Source of the DNA: Tubiluchus corallicola
Taxonomy: Eukaryota; Animalia; Priapulida
Length of the DNA: 64,000 bases
Assembly: GCA_030141605.1 (NCBI GenBank)
Contig: JAQGDQ010000083.1
Span: forward strand, 186,001-250,000
Direction: 5' to 3'
In this document: piece after piece, positions 40,003 to 53,197 of the stretch
How the letters are laid out: each line of letters opens with the position of its first letter
Numbering within the stretch: position 1 is the first letter of the stretch
Notes under the pieces: model-generated
Database searches by the model: none
What the model saw: the letters and a program-made list of their open reading frames with translations, nothing else
What the model was told of the DNA's origin: nothing
Made by a program: the position numbers and the translations under genes

Positions 40003-40676
40003 CAATGTATGCGCTGTGAGTGATTCAAATAATCAATAGTACCTCACCGTAACAGGGGAAAGTTTTAGCAATGTATGCGCTGTGAGTGATTCAAATGTTC
40101 AACAGTACCTCACCGTGACAGGGGAAAGTTTTAGCAATGTATGCGCTGTGAGTGATTCAAATGTTCAACAGTACCTCACCGTGACAGGGGAAAGTTTTAG
40201 CAATGTATATGCTGTGAGTGATTAAAATGTTCAACAGTACCTCACTGTGACAGTCAAAAGTTTTAGCAATGTATTCGCTGTGAGTAATTCAATTGTTGAA
40301 CAGTACCTCACCGTGACAGGGGAAAGTTTTAGCAATGTATATGCTGTGAGTGATTCAAATGTTCAACAGTACCTCACCGTGACAGGGGAAAGTTTTAGCA
40401 ATGTATGCACTGTGAGTGAGTCAAATGTTCAACAGAACCTCACCGAGACAGGGGAAAGTTTTAGCAATGTATGCGCTGTGAGTGATTCAAATGTTCAACA
40501 GTACCTCACCGTGTCAAGCAAAAGTTTTAGCAATATATACGCTCTGAGTAATTCAAATGTCACTTTGAACAGTACATCACCGTGTCAAGCAAAAGTTTTA
40601 GCAATATATACGTGCTGAGTAATTCAAATGTCACTTTTTTGCACCTTTCCGTGACAGGCAAACACTTTAGCAATAG
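39973..40676. repeat. 66-bp minisatellite, ~11 copies, starting inside the CDS end
   Basis: GTACCTCAC-type unit starts at 39973, 40039, 40105, 40171 ... 40501; the last two units are diverged. Confidence 0.95.
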
Positions 40677-41731
40677 CTACACCAATGTTTTTTACCAGCG
40701 AGCATTCGTCAGGAAACATGTTAACTTTCATAGAGAAAAAGAAATTATGTTTAATTTATCGCAAAATATTATGGCAACATTAAGTATACACAAAATATAA
40801 TGTATAATCTTTCTTAATGTAAAATGATACTACAATATGGTTACATCTAAATAGAATTACTAAAGTTTAATAACATAATATCATGATACCAAACTGAACT
40901 CAAAATTAACTAAATTATTGTTGGTGCTGCCAGTAAAATGAAGAAATTAATCACCGTTCGTCATTGTCTTCATCGTCTTCATCACCATAATCTCAGTCAT
41001 CATCACTGTCTCTCTCACCATCACTATCACAGTCGTGTCATCATCATCGCCAGTGCCATAATACATGCCATCATGTCATCACCATTATTATTATCATCGT
41101 CATCAGCAGCACCAGTAACAGAAGCAGCAACATTATGACTAGCAGGTAAACTGTTATTATTAACATCATTTATTTTCGAACACACGTGTACAGTCAAGTT
41201 ACATAAGTGATTCAATTAAAAGAAGTTAGTAGACTATTAGCAAAAGTATATTAAATATATTAAAAACTGACAACAACAAAAAAGTAGTGAAGTTATTTTC
41301 ATACAAGAAGACAAAGCAATTAATTTAAAAAGATCCCCACATATTCTAACGTTTCTCTCAATTGATACTTTGATAAAAATTAAGATTTGTATTTTCTATA
41401 CAACTTATGCAGTCTTTAGTTAAGTTTATTATCGTTAGCTGCCTTTCATAATCTTACGAGATAATACATGAAAATGTACATCTTTCAGGGTACATTATTT
41501 TTATAACAGTTTTATACAAGTTGAAAAACATTATTGAGTTTACGGCATTTAACGTATGTTTGGTTACAAATTTAATTGTCGAGGTTCTACTATTTTTACA
41601 TGCTACATGGAATTTCATAAAACCGTTTTGCAAAGTGCTTTCTCGGTTGCACGGTACCAGCAATGTGGGGCATAATGTAAGGATGAGCTGTGTACGGCAG
41701 TTTCCATAATAAAATGTAAAACGAAATGGAA

Positions 41732-41962
41732 TTAAATTAAATATTCATAATATAACAACATCAGCAGCACTGCTGTTATCGTAGTTCTGGACGGCAACAT
41801 CAGTAAGGCAAAATTGTCCACGTTGCAAAGAGTTGAATTACAACAGGAAATGCATGATTTTATTGTCACTCCATAACCACTCAGCTCACAGCCAGGTTCA
41901 CATTCTTTAGCACATCTCCGCAGGAGGAGAACAAGAACCCCATTCACTTCTCTTCTCTCCGT
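41732..41962 (-). CDS. Ly6/uPAR three-finger (quiver/sleepless-like) GPI-anchored protein, last exon
   Basis: ttttgtag|ACG; ...RRCAKECEPGC...CISCCNSTLCN followed by a hydrophobic GPI-signal-like C-terminus. Confidence 0.9.
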   Translation of the reverse strand, partial: TERREVNGVLVLLLRRCAKECEPGCELSGYGVTIKSCISCCNSTLCNVDNFALLMLPSRTTITAVLLMLLYYEYLI

Positions 41963-42289
41963 CTACAAAAATAACGTAAAATAAATTTTAATAATTATGC
42001 CAATTGAAAGTGATATAAATTTTAGATTTGATATTAGTAATAAAAAGGCATAAAATAAACACTTTTTGTTGCAAGTGTAGTGACGAATTGCCAAACCATG
42101 TCACCTCTTGCACAAGGGTTCGTATAATTCTGATTTGCCGGAGCGAATTCGAGGTGTGAACGTGGCTTTGTTGTGCAACATCATTCGCTTCACTAGCCGG
42201 AAAAACAACAGCAATGATAAGTTTCTCATACATTATTGTATTGCATAATGCGGAGCAATGCTAGCAGGAATGCAGCATTAAACAGCGGG

Positions 42290-42540
42290 ATCACTTTAAG
42301 GTGGTGTTTATGGCGAGATCGGCGTCTTACCTCGTGTCAGTAACCTTAAGTGCAACCCAAGTGAGCTACTGAACCAGAAGGGGCGTCTTAGCCATGTTTT
42401 GATACAAAAGCACAAGGCCAGCAACCAAAAACACTATGGAGAGTGATATATGGCCAAGGGCAAGTATCGAATTCGAGCCCAGGCGGTAGCGTTGCGTAAC
42501 TTCGGTCGTGAGACACACGAACGTCACCACTCAGCTATTA
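42290..42540 (-). mobile_element. tRNA-derived SINE-like insertion in the Ly6 intron
   Basis: Minus strand begins TAGCTGAGTGGTG (A box-like) with a degenerate B box-like segment, followed by a GC-richer body. Confidence 0.4.
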
Positions 42541-42748
42541 ACCTGCTTTAGTGCTGAATATTAATTATAGTATTAATTTGGGCAGTTCAAGTCACCTCAG
42601 CAAAGTAAAGAACTTGTCTGCAGAAATGTCTGTAACATGCAAATTTGAAGCTGCAAGAACAGTCATAAGCAAATTACCCAGAGGATAGATATTAACTATG
42701 ACGTTTAAGACCCACATATAACACATTAGTAATAACTATAGTAGTTAC

Positions 42749-42951
42749 CTGGCAGGTATTGTACTTTTTCGGGCAAAATACCCAATAGCTGCTATTGATG
42801 AGTCTATCTTCACTAAAACAGGTATCATTCGTATTGTACGTCTTGCGAAACGATACTTCACATTCATAACACTGCAAGTAATCTTCAAAGTCTAATAAAG
42901 GGATTCCATATCTTGCATTTGATGAGCTTCCTTCGGTTGTATATGACAGTG
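42749..42951 (-). CDS. Ly6/three-finger protein, middle exon
   Basis: tttgcag|CA...CAG|gtaact; TLSYTTEGSSSNARYGIPLLDFEDYLQCYECEV...TC...CPKKYNTCQ; phase 1 to phase 0. Confidence 0.88.
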
Positions 42952-43684
42952 CTGCAAAGCAAAAATAAACATTAGTTCCGTCTCAGTAGGTGAGCCATAA
43001 TTTGTTACAGACAGATATAAATTGCAACTTACCTGTTAATTTTACTACAAAAAATTATTATTTTACCATCTCTTCTATTCCCTTTTCTGTTCTCCTTCTC
43101 TTTCTATCTGTCTCTCTCTTTCTCTTTTTTCTCTCTCTTCGCACTTTTCAAGCTTTGACATTGCTTTCATACCGTTTATCATTTCTCTAATTAACCTATT
43201 AGACAACACAACTTAGCCAACTTTTATTCTCAGTCGCATCAGTCTGTTCGCCTGTCTGTCCGCCCGCCTTCCTGCCTACCTCTGCACGCTACTCCTCGGG
43301 GACGGCTGATACAATTCCAACCAACCAAGCAAGCAACCAAGCCAGCCTGAACACTTGTTATACAGTAAAAAACTGTGGGGCCATGCTGACAACGATCGCT
43401 TACCTGCGGCATAAAAACAACTTCTAAGATTGGTACTTTTCTGACTTCAAAATCTATCTCTATTCCTGAGGTAGTGAAGACGCAACTGGATATTGTGATA
43501 CAATGAACAATTATCTAAAAGTTGTAGGAGTCAAAATTTAGAATTTTTATCTGTCTGACTGTTTGTGTTTGTTTGCTCTTTCTCCGATATCTCTGAAACG
43601 ATTCGAACAAAGCTTACACAGCAGGTAGGATCTGACCTATAGCTGTGCGTTAAAAATGCCTAACAACGGTCATAAAACTTAAAA

Positions 43685-43900
43685 TTCTAAAATTAGTACT
43701 TGTCTACTAAACTTCTAAAATTAGTACTTGTCTACTAAACTTCTAAAATTAGTACTTTTCTACTAAACTTCTAATATTAGTACTTGTCTACTAAACTTCT
43801 AAAATTAGTACTTTTCTACTAAACTTCTAAAATTAGTACTTTTCTACTAAACTTCTAAAATTAGTACTTTTCTACTAAACTTCTAAAATTAGTATTTTTC
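43685..43900. repeat. 28-bp minisatellite, ~8 copies
   Basis: Unit TTCTAAAATTAGTACTTKTCTACTAAAC at 43685, 43713, 43741 and onward. Confidence 0.95.
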
Positions 43901-44142
43901 TGTCTGTATAATCTATCTCCTCCAAAATTGCTGAGCTAGTGTAGACGTTACTCGGTCCTGAAGTACACTGGAAATTATATAAAAACGTGAGAGTCAACGT
44001 TTGAAATTTAGTATTTTCTGACCACCATTATAAAGTCTATAGTAGAGAGTCGAATCACTATCAGGCGACCGGCTTGAGTTACGACTAAAGGTTAGCAAAT
44101 TTACCAAAATCAAAAACAACTTTTTTATGCTGAGTTACTTAC

Positions 44143-44197
44143 TTTGCAGCCAGAGAATGGACAATGTTAGACACAAAGCAACTTTCTTGTCAAACAT
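44143..44197 (-). CDS. Ly6/three-finger protein, signal-peptide exon
   Basis: MFDKKVALCLTLSILWLQ A|gtaagt; phase 1 matches. An acceptor near 44227 and a donor CAG|gtaagt at ~44699 suggest an additional 5'UTR exon. Confidence 0.82.
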
Positions 44198-44859
44198 CTT
44201 GAAGGCTAAGCTATCGGCATCAGCAATCTACAGAACTACCACAATGAAAATGTTTATTAATTAAGTTATCTGACATACTTGTTAAGTGTTGCTATCTGAC
44301 ATCAACATGATTTGTGCAACCATCAATGATGAAAACGCGTTACAAGAACTTTGATTTATTTATGTTCATTAGCTTGAAAAGTTTGAAGTGGGATTCGTGA
44401 ATTTCTCACAGATACCAAAAAACATGCTTTAATATCAATATAATCTACTAACCGATTCTATGAATCATAATGAATAAATTAACAGACTATGTTTAGGGCA
44501 ATAATAATGGTTAAATGGAGCTTCGTAGATAATGCGAAGCCATGGTTAAGCAGTCATAGAACTCGACCTATTTAGTAAAATGATGCGCCATTCGCAGGTT
44601 ATTTCTCTCGCTAAGTCGTTGAGGGACCTAGTCTGGTTAAGTCGTAGAGACATCCACGGTGTGCATCTGATTATGCAGGCAGAGGTAGAATTACTTACCT
44701 GTATTTTTTCACTATCTCGTCTCACAGGTTTATCCTTGACAAACAGGTGTGGTCTGAATTCTGGCTCTGCAACAAGTAGCAGTCTGGATCTGCCCTATGT
44801 TGAATACCAGCTATTCCTTTAATACAGACAAATTACGAACAAATTATTTTATTACTAAC

Positions 44860-46509
44860 ATGTAATAGTGGATGGCAAAATGTATAGCAGCATTAAGAAT
44901 ATTCTTTCAGATACCTATAGTGCTGTGAATCTAAATGGTATCCTCACTGATAAATTTAAATGTGAATATGGTGTCAGGCAGGGAGACACTTTGTCACCAA
45001 CCCTGTTCAGCTGGTATATAAATGATATGGCAGATGATGTAAAGTCCCTAAATATTGGTATTCCTGTTGGTAATGATAAGATTTGTATTTTAATGTATGC
45101 TGATGACGTTGTAATTTTAGCAGAATCTGAAGAAGATCTTCAGAAAATGTTAGATAAGATCACTGAGTGGGGAAAGAAATGGAGAATCAAATTTAACAGT
45201 AAAAAGTCAAATGTTGTCCATTTCAGAAAACCCCAAGTGAATCAAACTGATGTACTATTTAAACTTAGTGATCAGATTTTGAGCACTGTAGATAGGTATA
45301 AGTATCTGGGGATTTATCTTAATGAACATTTAGATTATAAGGTTACAGCACTAGTACTGGCAGACTCAGGCAGTAGAGCACTGGATGCCTTGATTGGTAA
45401 ATATAAAAAGTTAAATGGGCTGGGTTATTATTCTTTTACTAAGTTATTCAATGCAGGTGTATGTCCTATACTTGATTATGGTTCAGAAGTATGGGGATAT
45501 AACAAGTACCCTAAAATTGATACTGTCCAGAATAAGGCATTAAGAATATTTCTTGGTGTTCATAATTTTGCTGCTAATCAATGTATACAGGGTGATATGG
45601 GATGGTCACCATCTTCAGTTAGAAGAAAGTCATCTATGATAAGGTATTGGAATCGTCTTTTAACACTTGATAATTCTAGACTTGTTAAGAGAATATTTCT
45701 TTGGGACTGTAATACCAACGTTGGTTGGTCATATGAAATTTCTAAAGTCCTAGAGGAAGCAGGGTTCCAGCAAGCTTTTGTTAATATGGATACTGTACCT
45801 CTTAGCAGAGCATGGGCACAGCTGTATGAGAAACAATGTGTTGATTGGAAAGCAAAAAATGCAGATTACCCTAAACTTAGAACATATATATTGTATAAGA
45901 ACAGCTTTGGAGTAGAACCATATGTTTATATTAATATGCAAGGAAAATACAGGTCTGTGCTTGCAAAGCTAAGAAGTGGTACTCTTCCCCTGGAACTGGA
46001 GCATGGTAGGTTTAGAAATGTTAAGGTTGGTGAACGTTTGTGTAAGATATGTTGCTGTGGAGATGTAGAAGATGAATCTCACTTTATGTTTGTTTGTACA
46101 CATTATAGACTAGAGAGAGAAGAATTTTTCCAAGATATTAACATGGACCCGGAACAATTAGATAATGTAAATAAATGGAAATATATTATGTCAGAAGAGA
46201 ATGTCCTTAGGACTGCAAAATATGCTTATAAGATTTTTAGAATGAGGCAAAGCAAGATATATATTTAATACATGACTTGTCCATTCAGGTATATGTTAAA
46301 ATTCCATATTATATATATTCTTTTATTTGATATTCTATGTAAATGAACTGCACAGTTATTATGTGATAAATTTTCATGAAATTGACTTGTAAGCCCAAGT
46401 GGGCTGGAAACAGCTTTAATAACATTTTACAGTATTAATTAACACATGAATTATTACATCGTTATTATCATATGTTTATGTCAATAAAGATATTCAATCA
46501 TTCAATCAA
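44860..46509 (+). mobile_element. 5'-truncated LINE with an uninterrupted 466-aa ORF2 C-terminal half (RT plus Cys/His motif; ORF 44868-46268)
   Basis: GVRQGDTLSPTLF, YADD, YKYLG, CKIC...HFMFVC; 3'UTR with AATAAA at 46483 and a (TTCAATCA)2 tail. Confidence 0.95.
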
Positions 46510-48504
46510 ACTAACGAAAGATCTGATACGCAGCCGTCCGTGTAGAAGGGAGCGCAGCATTAATGACGACCGTACAGCCAAACATTTCGTCACTGTTTAG
46601 TTTTAAGTACTCATGGGTAGTGTTTTAACGTTGAAATTTAGATCTATAATCAATTGTTTAGTGGGTTATCTTGTTTTTTAAGTTCAATTTTTGTATCACT
46701 GCTAGGGTTGCCATCCTCCTGATTTGGCCCGGAGTCTACTGAAATTCAGCCATACATCCGCGATTCGGTTTGGTTTTTGAAAAATTCTGAAGTTTTCTGA
46801 TATCGACCATCACATTACAATTTAAGTGGGAAAAACGGAAATACATCTTGCATAGTATTGAACCGTTGCATAAGGTTACGCTAAAAACTGCGGAATTTTT
46901 GTCAAGTAAAATAGTGAACTTATTAAATCAAGTTTAAATGGTTACATGGCTTCTGTTAAATGCATGATGCAAGTATTCTTCAGGCTTAAGTTAAATTCAC
47001 TTAACATAAACCATCTATCTATTATACGTACAGCATTCATGCATACCGTGTTACAATACGTCGCGGGAAAAGCAAAAACCAATGCTGGAATACTGATCCC
47101 TGATTGGATAAAACCCTTGGCCGGCTGGTGCATACTGTACAAAATAGAACTCATTTCTGTTTTAGAACGGCTGCTGTCTTCACGGCCACTTCCATAAACT
47201 CCGCGTTTCATCTTTGATTTGAAATTAATGTAGTCTAATTTGGGCGGTCATTTTATCACGGCCGACGTCTGCCGGTTTGTCTTGTGGCGGCCGTGTATCA
47301 TTGGCTTAACACAAAATTCTTAAACAATACAGCCGACGTGCACGAGCAAGGGTTGGGGGTGGGGGGTGGCTGTTTGTCTGCAGCCTCCCCCGCCCGGATT
47401 CGGGCAAACACATTTTTTTCGGGCACCGAAATTACTATAAAATAATATTTTTCATAAAAGGAAATCTCGCAATTTCTCCATGCTGCCAAATGAAGTGCCC
47501 GAAATTCGGACATTTTTTTATCATGGGGTGTGGTGAGGCAATTCCCGACGCGGAGGTGACCCTGAATTTTTCCGGCAAAAGTGGCTTACCCTCCCTCCTG
47601 AAAAAATCGGCCCGTTCGCCTATGCCGTCATGGTGTCATCAGCACTAGAAAAATTTAAAATAGGCAAGATAAGTTATGTTGATAATTGTGAGTGAAACTT
47701 GAAAATTTGTTCCTATATCAGTGTAATTATCTCGAATAAATACGACAGAAAAAAGTACCACTTCATAGGTGCCGTTTTTTCGTTTTGCCTTCCCTGTTTT
47801 CCTCTTTCATTTATCACGGTTTTTGCATAGGTTTATTAATTTTCATTACTAGCCTTTAACAAAGTTTTTTGTTATTTTTTTTTACAGATTTCTTTTTTAT
47901 TTACTTGTGCTTCTGTCTGTTTAAACTAGTGACGTGACATTTGGTAATTATTTTCTCATAAACGTTTAATTCAGTTTTGTTTCTTTTGTATGTACCAGGT
48001 AGTACCTATATTGTTATACACAGAACTGTTATTGACTGTTATTCGATTTAGTAATATAATTAGGCCTATAAATACAATTAATAGGCCTATGTCGCAGGAA
48101 CAGTGCACTGAAAGCACTTATACCTAACTTAGACTAAATGCTGAATTTTGGCTTTGAACAAGTGTGCCGAATCGTATAAAAATTATTAATAATTCTTTTA
48201 AGAAAGTTAAAACTTCTTATATGATAATATTTGAACACACTACGTAGTTAGCTACAATAAATTATTAGCTTAATAATTAACACAGTAAATGTAACATTTG
48301 CCAGTGGCTAGCGATTACTGCAGCCACTATGCAAGAACAATTTTTAGTAAATAGCTGAACAACCAGCGACGTAGGTCGCGGGGAGCGATATAAATTCTGT
48401 ACAATGATTCTGCGCATAGTACATATTGCGAAAGCGCATGTGCACTGCTATCTGTTAGTAAGCGATGTTTCAGCAAGTTTTATTGCTTTCCTGTTAGTAT
48501 ACTT

Positions 48505-48578
48505 GGCCGGTTAGCTCAGTCGGTTAGAGCGTGGTGCTAATAACGCTAAGGTCGCGGGTTCGACCCCCGTACTGGCCA
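48505..48578 (+). tRNA. tRNA-Ile (AAT)
   Basis: GGCCGGTTAGCTCAGTCGGTTAGAGCGTGGTGCTAATAACGCTAAGGTCGCGGGTTCGACCCCCGTACTGGCCA, near the canonical metazoan Ile-AAT sequence; T5 terminator just downstream. Confidence 0.93.
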
Positions 48579-49639
48579 TATATTTTTCTTGCAAGTTTAT
48601 TTACAGCGCTACTTAATTTAGCTGTCTTAATTCATACGGGTATTCTAAAGTCCAAACTAACATTTAAAAATTGCACAATATTACTAAATAGTACCTAGAT
48701 TGGCTACAATGTGTTACTCAGTCATAATCTAGGTAAAATGATCTGCATTCGTTGGCCTAGAAAAGCAAAAACCCCTACGTGTCTCTGACTCATGTAATTT
48801 AGGGTTATTGCTGGGTAGATTAACAGAAAATGACAGTGAAAAACGAGTGAAACTTGAAGAATGGGTTATTCTTTATTTATTATTATAACCTGTAACCAGC
48901 AAGTGTTTGTCTTTGGCAGTGTGTATTGCATAGCTGTTACACAACAGATTCATAATTCCAGCGTTGTAGCTTTGTTGATGGTAAGCAGCATTATGCTGTC
49001 ATTTGCAATACATTTGTTATTATGGACAATTATCATAAATAATACTGCAAGTAGAAGTACAGCATGTAACTTGCTAAACTTGTAATTAACCGAACTGCAA
49101 TATAATTATACCCTACATAGGCGTGGCCTAAAAACTATACACAGCATAAAATTGTATAGAATAAAATATATTAGCTGCTGCTTTTCTTTGCGTTTACCTA
49201 CTTACTGAAAACGTCATTAAATGTTCGTTTTTGACAAATTGTCCATTTATCATCCGGGGTTGTACCTTTGCACTGATTTTACCACGGTTATGACCATTTA
49301 ATGGTTTATTAGTTTTATTTGTTTTTAAATTTGATTACCTGGTATGTAACACACTTGGTCCACGAGCAGTTATATAAAATGTCGTTGCCTTATAACTGTC
49401 ATCTTCCTTTCAGCTAAATTTTTATATATCTAAATTTTTGGACAGCAAATTATTAAGAGAAAATTACTAGTTTTACTCACACAGTAATAACCATTATCAT
49501 TGTTGGGCTGTAGTGCAATCAATTAATATTGCATACATTGAAACAAAATATATTACATCTTTATGACAAAAAAAATTGACAAAAACTATGTGTAATAATT
49601 TTCATTGTTATTTTTGGACACCAGCTTCTTTAAGTCAAG

Positions 49640-50640
49640 ATCGCATTGAAAGCAAAATTAAATTTAAACAAAAATAGAACAGAGAGCTCTGGAATTGAGG
49701 AAGCTGGGGAACGTTTAATATTTAAACAGCTTATTATTGATACCAAAGTTACTATTGAAATCAAACTACTAATATACAAAAGATTAATAATGCCTCATTT
49801 AACTTATGGCTGCCATCTACTTGAAAACATTTCTAAACCCAAACAGGTAGACTAGATACAACTCAAAATTATGCGCTCAAACATGTACTAGGCCACTTTT
49901 CTAAGAAAATAAATTAACACCATATGTACTCAGCCACTAATAGAAAAAAATTAAGAATACCCAATATAGAATCAAACATTTATTACCATTCCTTAATATT
50001 TCTATTTAAATATATAAATGATATAATTCCAGTTTTCAAAGAAAATGGTTTATTATTTACCCCGATAAACATAAAAACGAACGCACCTATAATCTAAAAC
50101 AGTTACTTACAAAAAATATGGACACAATTCGATAAGCAAAACAAAAATCAACTTATGGAATTCAGCACTCTTAAGTAGAAAATCAAAAGACGGATTAACA
50201 ACGTTTAAAACAGAACTAAAAACAAACTGCTAACTCACAAAAGACCCTTACATAAAAGCGATAAAGTAGAATTCATCAATAATTGAGAATATCAAAAACG
50301 CATAACGCTCTAGACTCACAAATTCATCATAATATAAGTGTCTATACTATAAAAATATGCGACTCATACGGAAACTTGCATGGCAAAAAGTAGCAAAAAG
50401 TATCAAAAAATATTAAAATTTACCATATTTCATAAGTCACTATCATGTCGTCATGTAGATAAATTTGTAGTTATGTAATGTTGTATTTTAATGTTTTTAT
50501 TCTTATGATTTTTAACTTAGACTGACTGACACAACTGTACATAGTGTACATCAGTCTGTCACTGACTGGTTGTACACTGATTTTATGTATGATGTAAAAT
50601 GCTTTACTCTGTACCAGTGTATATATAAATGAAAAAGATA
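49640..50640 (+). mobile_element. Decayed LINE 3' portion
   Basis: KLLIYKRLIMPHLTYG (YKxLIxPxLxYG motif), then stops; its 3'UTR 50455-50625 recurs at 54500-54670. Confidence 0.6.
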
Positions 50641-51120
50641 AATGAAATTCATCATTCTTACTTTATATCAATTCTGATGTTTCTAATATGTTTAACATAT
50701 ACAGTTTTGAATTTTTTTTGGAACTTCAAAAACATCTTCTGTATGATAAATAATCCATCATGTAACAAATTTTATAACATTTTTATATCCTCAGATAATC
50801 GCATTAATTGGTAACCTGCAAATGACTGATAATGAAAATGTTGATTTTCTTAAAAAGTTCACTAAGTACGTAAGCTGTTCAGCTGTTAGTTTTGTGTTGA
50901 TGTTTATTTAGTAAATAAACAATTTTTTACTGTCTACGATCACAGTTTAAAGATTATCAAAACTTATGCAGCAAAGGTAAGGTTGTTAAAATTTTGGAAC
51001 AAACTTAACTGAAGGAAAGAAATATAAAAGTCCTGACTGAATTTGGATTTGAACTGGCGACCTTTTGGTCACGAGTGTAACATCTTAAATCACTACGCGC
51101 AGGCAGCAGCTTGTGATTAA

Positions 51121-51503
51121 TAGGGGTGAGCATTCTCTACCAGAAAGCGAATTCGAATCGAACCGAATTTCTGACTTTCGAATTCGAATCTAACCGAACT
51201 TCAGTGTTTCAAATTCGAACTGAAGTCGAATTGAGATTGAATGATTTTCGAACAAGTTTTCGAACCACCAGTAAAAATTAGTCTTACAAAGATCATGTGT
51301 ATCACTAGATTTTGTTCTGCAATAAAACGACTAGTAATTTGTTTAAAATTGTGCACAGAAATCACTGCTAAATTACGCTAATTGCATGTTGTTTCAATCG
51401 TTTTAGTGATCAGGAACATATGTGATTGAAGTGCTGAATTATTTGAATCTACAGTTTTGGATTCGAATCGAGTTCGAACTCGAACGTTCGATGCTCACCC
51501 CTA
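51121..51503. mobile_element. hAT-type MITE
   Basis: Perfect 13-bp TIR TAGGGGTGAGCAT/ATGCTCACCCCTA; 8-bp flanks GTGATTAA/ATGATTAA (7 of 8 match); subterminal TTCGAA arrays. Confidence 0.88.
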
Positions 51504-52509
51504 ATGATTAATTAAAACAAATGTAGCTCTGAAACCAATCGGAAAGTGAATGATACTGTAGGCCTATAGTTCATAAAGTAGCGAATATATGTGATACCGT
51601 ATCATGGATTTAAGACTTTGTGTCGAGCCAAAATGCTTGGACTTGTAAAAAGAGCCCATATTCATATCCAAGTGTATTTTTTTGGTTTTCATAAGCCTAC
51701 TTCGTAGTTAATGTGAATTTGCGCATTTATTAATGCGAAACTAACAAACTTTTAACCTTTTCATGTTTAATCCAAATGCTTTAAACACATAGTAAAGCGT
51801 ACTAGTGGTTATATAAGGCAATCAAATTTTATTTCTTGAGCTAAATGATACGTACTTTTGTAACGCGAGTACACCGAGACAAACCCTGGTAGTAATTACA
51901 ATTAATACCGAATTTATGATAACAATAATTACAAGGACATGACTATGTACAAAGAATAAGAATAAAACTTTAAGAATAAAAAGAATTTTTAGACACAAAA
52001 CAATGCCTACCTTTATAAGCAAATTGTTGCATTTCATGTTTTGGCCGTTAATTCACTAAAGTGACAAAAGCTCATCAGCATTATTGCATTTTTTGTCATA
52101 TATCATACAACAATAACCAAACCAAAACGGGAATAATGTAATTCCCTACGCGATCACACCAACACGCACCTTGCCGTTGCCACGGAAACAGCTTCATTTT
52201 CAGCAATTCGCAAAGCAAGGCAGCTTCAATATACCTGCAGCATGCGCGAAATTTTTTCGACTTCTGCCGGCAGATGGCGCACGGGAGTTGAGAAATTCGC
52301 TGGAAGGAAAGTATCGTTTGAGGAAGCACGCTGATTCTGATCATATGGTTTGGCACAATCAAGCGGAACTAAAACTATAGCTATTACCAGTTAGATCTGC
52401 TTTCGAGTATAGCATTTGATGTTGGTGGTGAAACTGTGATAAATGTGTTTTCTAAAAAGATGAAGACGGGGCTAATCAACTAAGCTAAAGGAAGAAGGCC
52501 AGTCGAAAG

Positions 52510-53197
52510 GAGCTAAAGCATACCTGATTTTGAAAGTACCTACGAAAATCTATTGTTTAAAGACAATTTTGTGTCTCTTCAACTTCTCATTGCTATCGAA
52601 GTATTCAAGATTTTGTCCAAAAACTGCCCGTCCTATCTTTATGGACTGATAGAGAGGAACGAAAGCAAAACCGCTACTTCCTCAGAAAAATGAACACTGC
52701 AGAACACCCTACATATGATGGTGTTACATATGGCAAGAAAAGTTTCTCCTATTATGGAGCCACATTGTGGAATGAATTACCAAACTGTCTCCGAATGGCC
52801 GAAAATCTTGGGGAATTTAAACGTCTAATTAAGTCATGGACTGGTGTATCATGTAAATGTGCCATTTGTAAATTCAGCGAACTTCCCAATTTTGTTAAGT
52901 CGTAATTAAATGCTGAAATGTTGGCAGGAAAATTTTTTATTGACCTGGATAGCTTTTTGTGTAAATTTTAGAAAATGTTACTGCCTAAAATTTTTATGTA
53001 GTTATAAATTTTTCTTGTACCAATACCTCTGGTGGCATCCAAAAGATTTTAAGAAGTACATATTATTACCATGTTATCGCTCATATACATTATGTTTGAT
53101 ATCGGTTTACGAGCTTTAAGCTCATGTTTTACAAATATGTACTGTTTATATCATACCGATGAAAATAAATATCATCTTATCTTATCTTATCTTATCA
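52510..53197 (+). mobile_element. LINE (CR1/L2 group) 3' fragment
   Basis: GKKSFSYYGATLWNELP...FKRLIKSW...CKCAIC; ends with AATAAA and an (ATCTT)n tail. Confidence 0.8.

Noticed and set aside
39973-40676. CRISPR-like regular array
   Set aside because: The whole 66-bp unit repeats with no unique spacers, there are no cas genes, and the context is eukaryotic. It is a minisatellite.
44868-46268. Domesticated or retron-like RT gene
   Set aside because: It starts mid-RT without an ATG, lacks the endonuclease, and has a LINE 3'UTR and tail. It is an ordinary 5'-truncated insertion.
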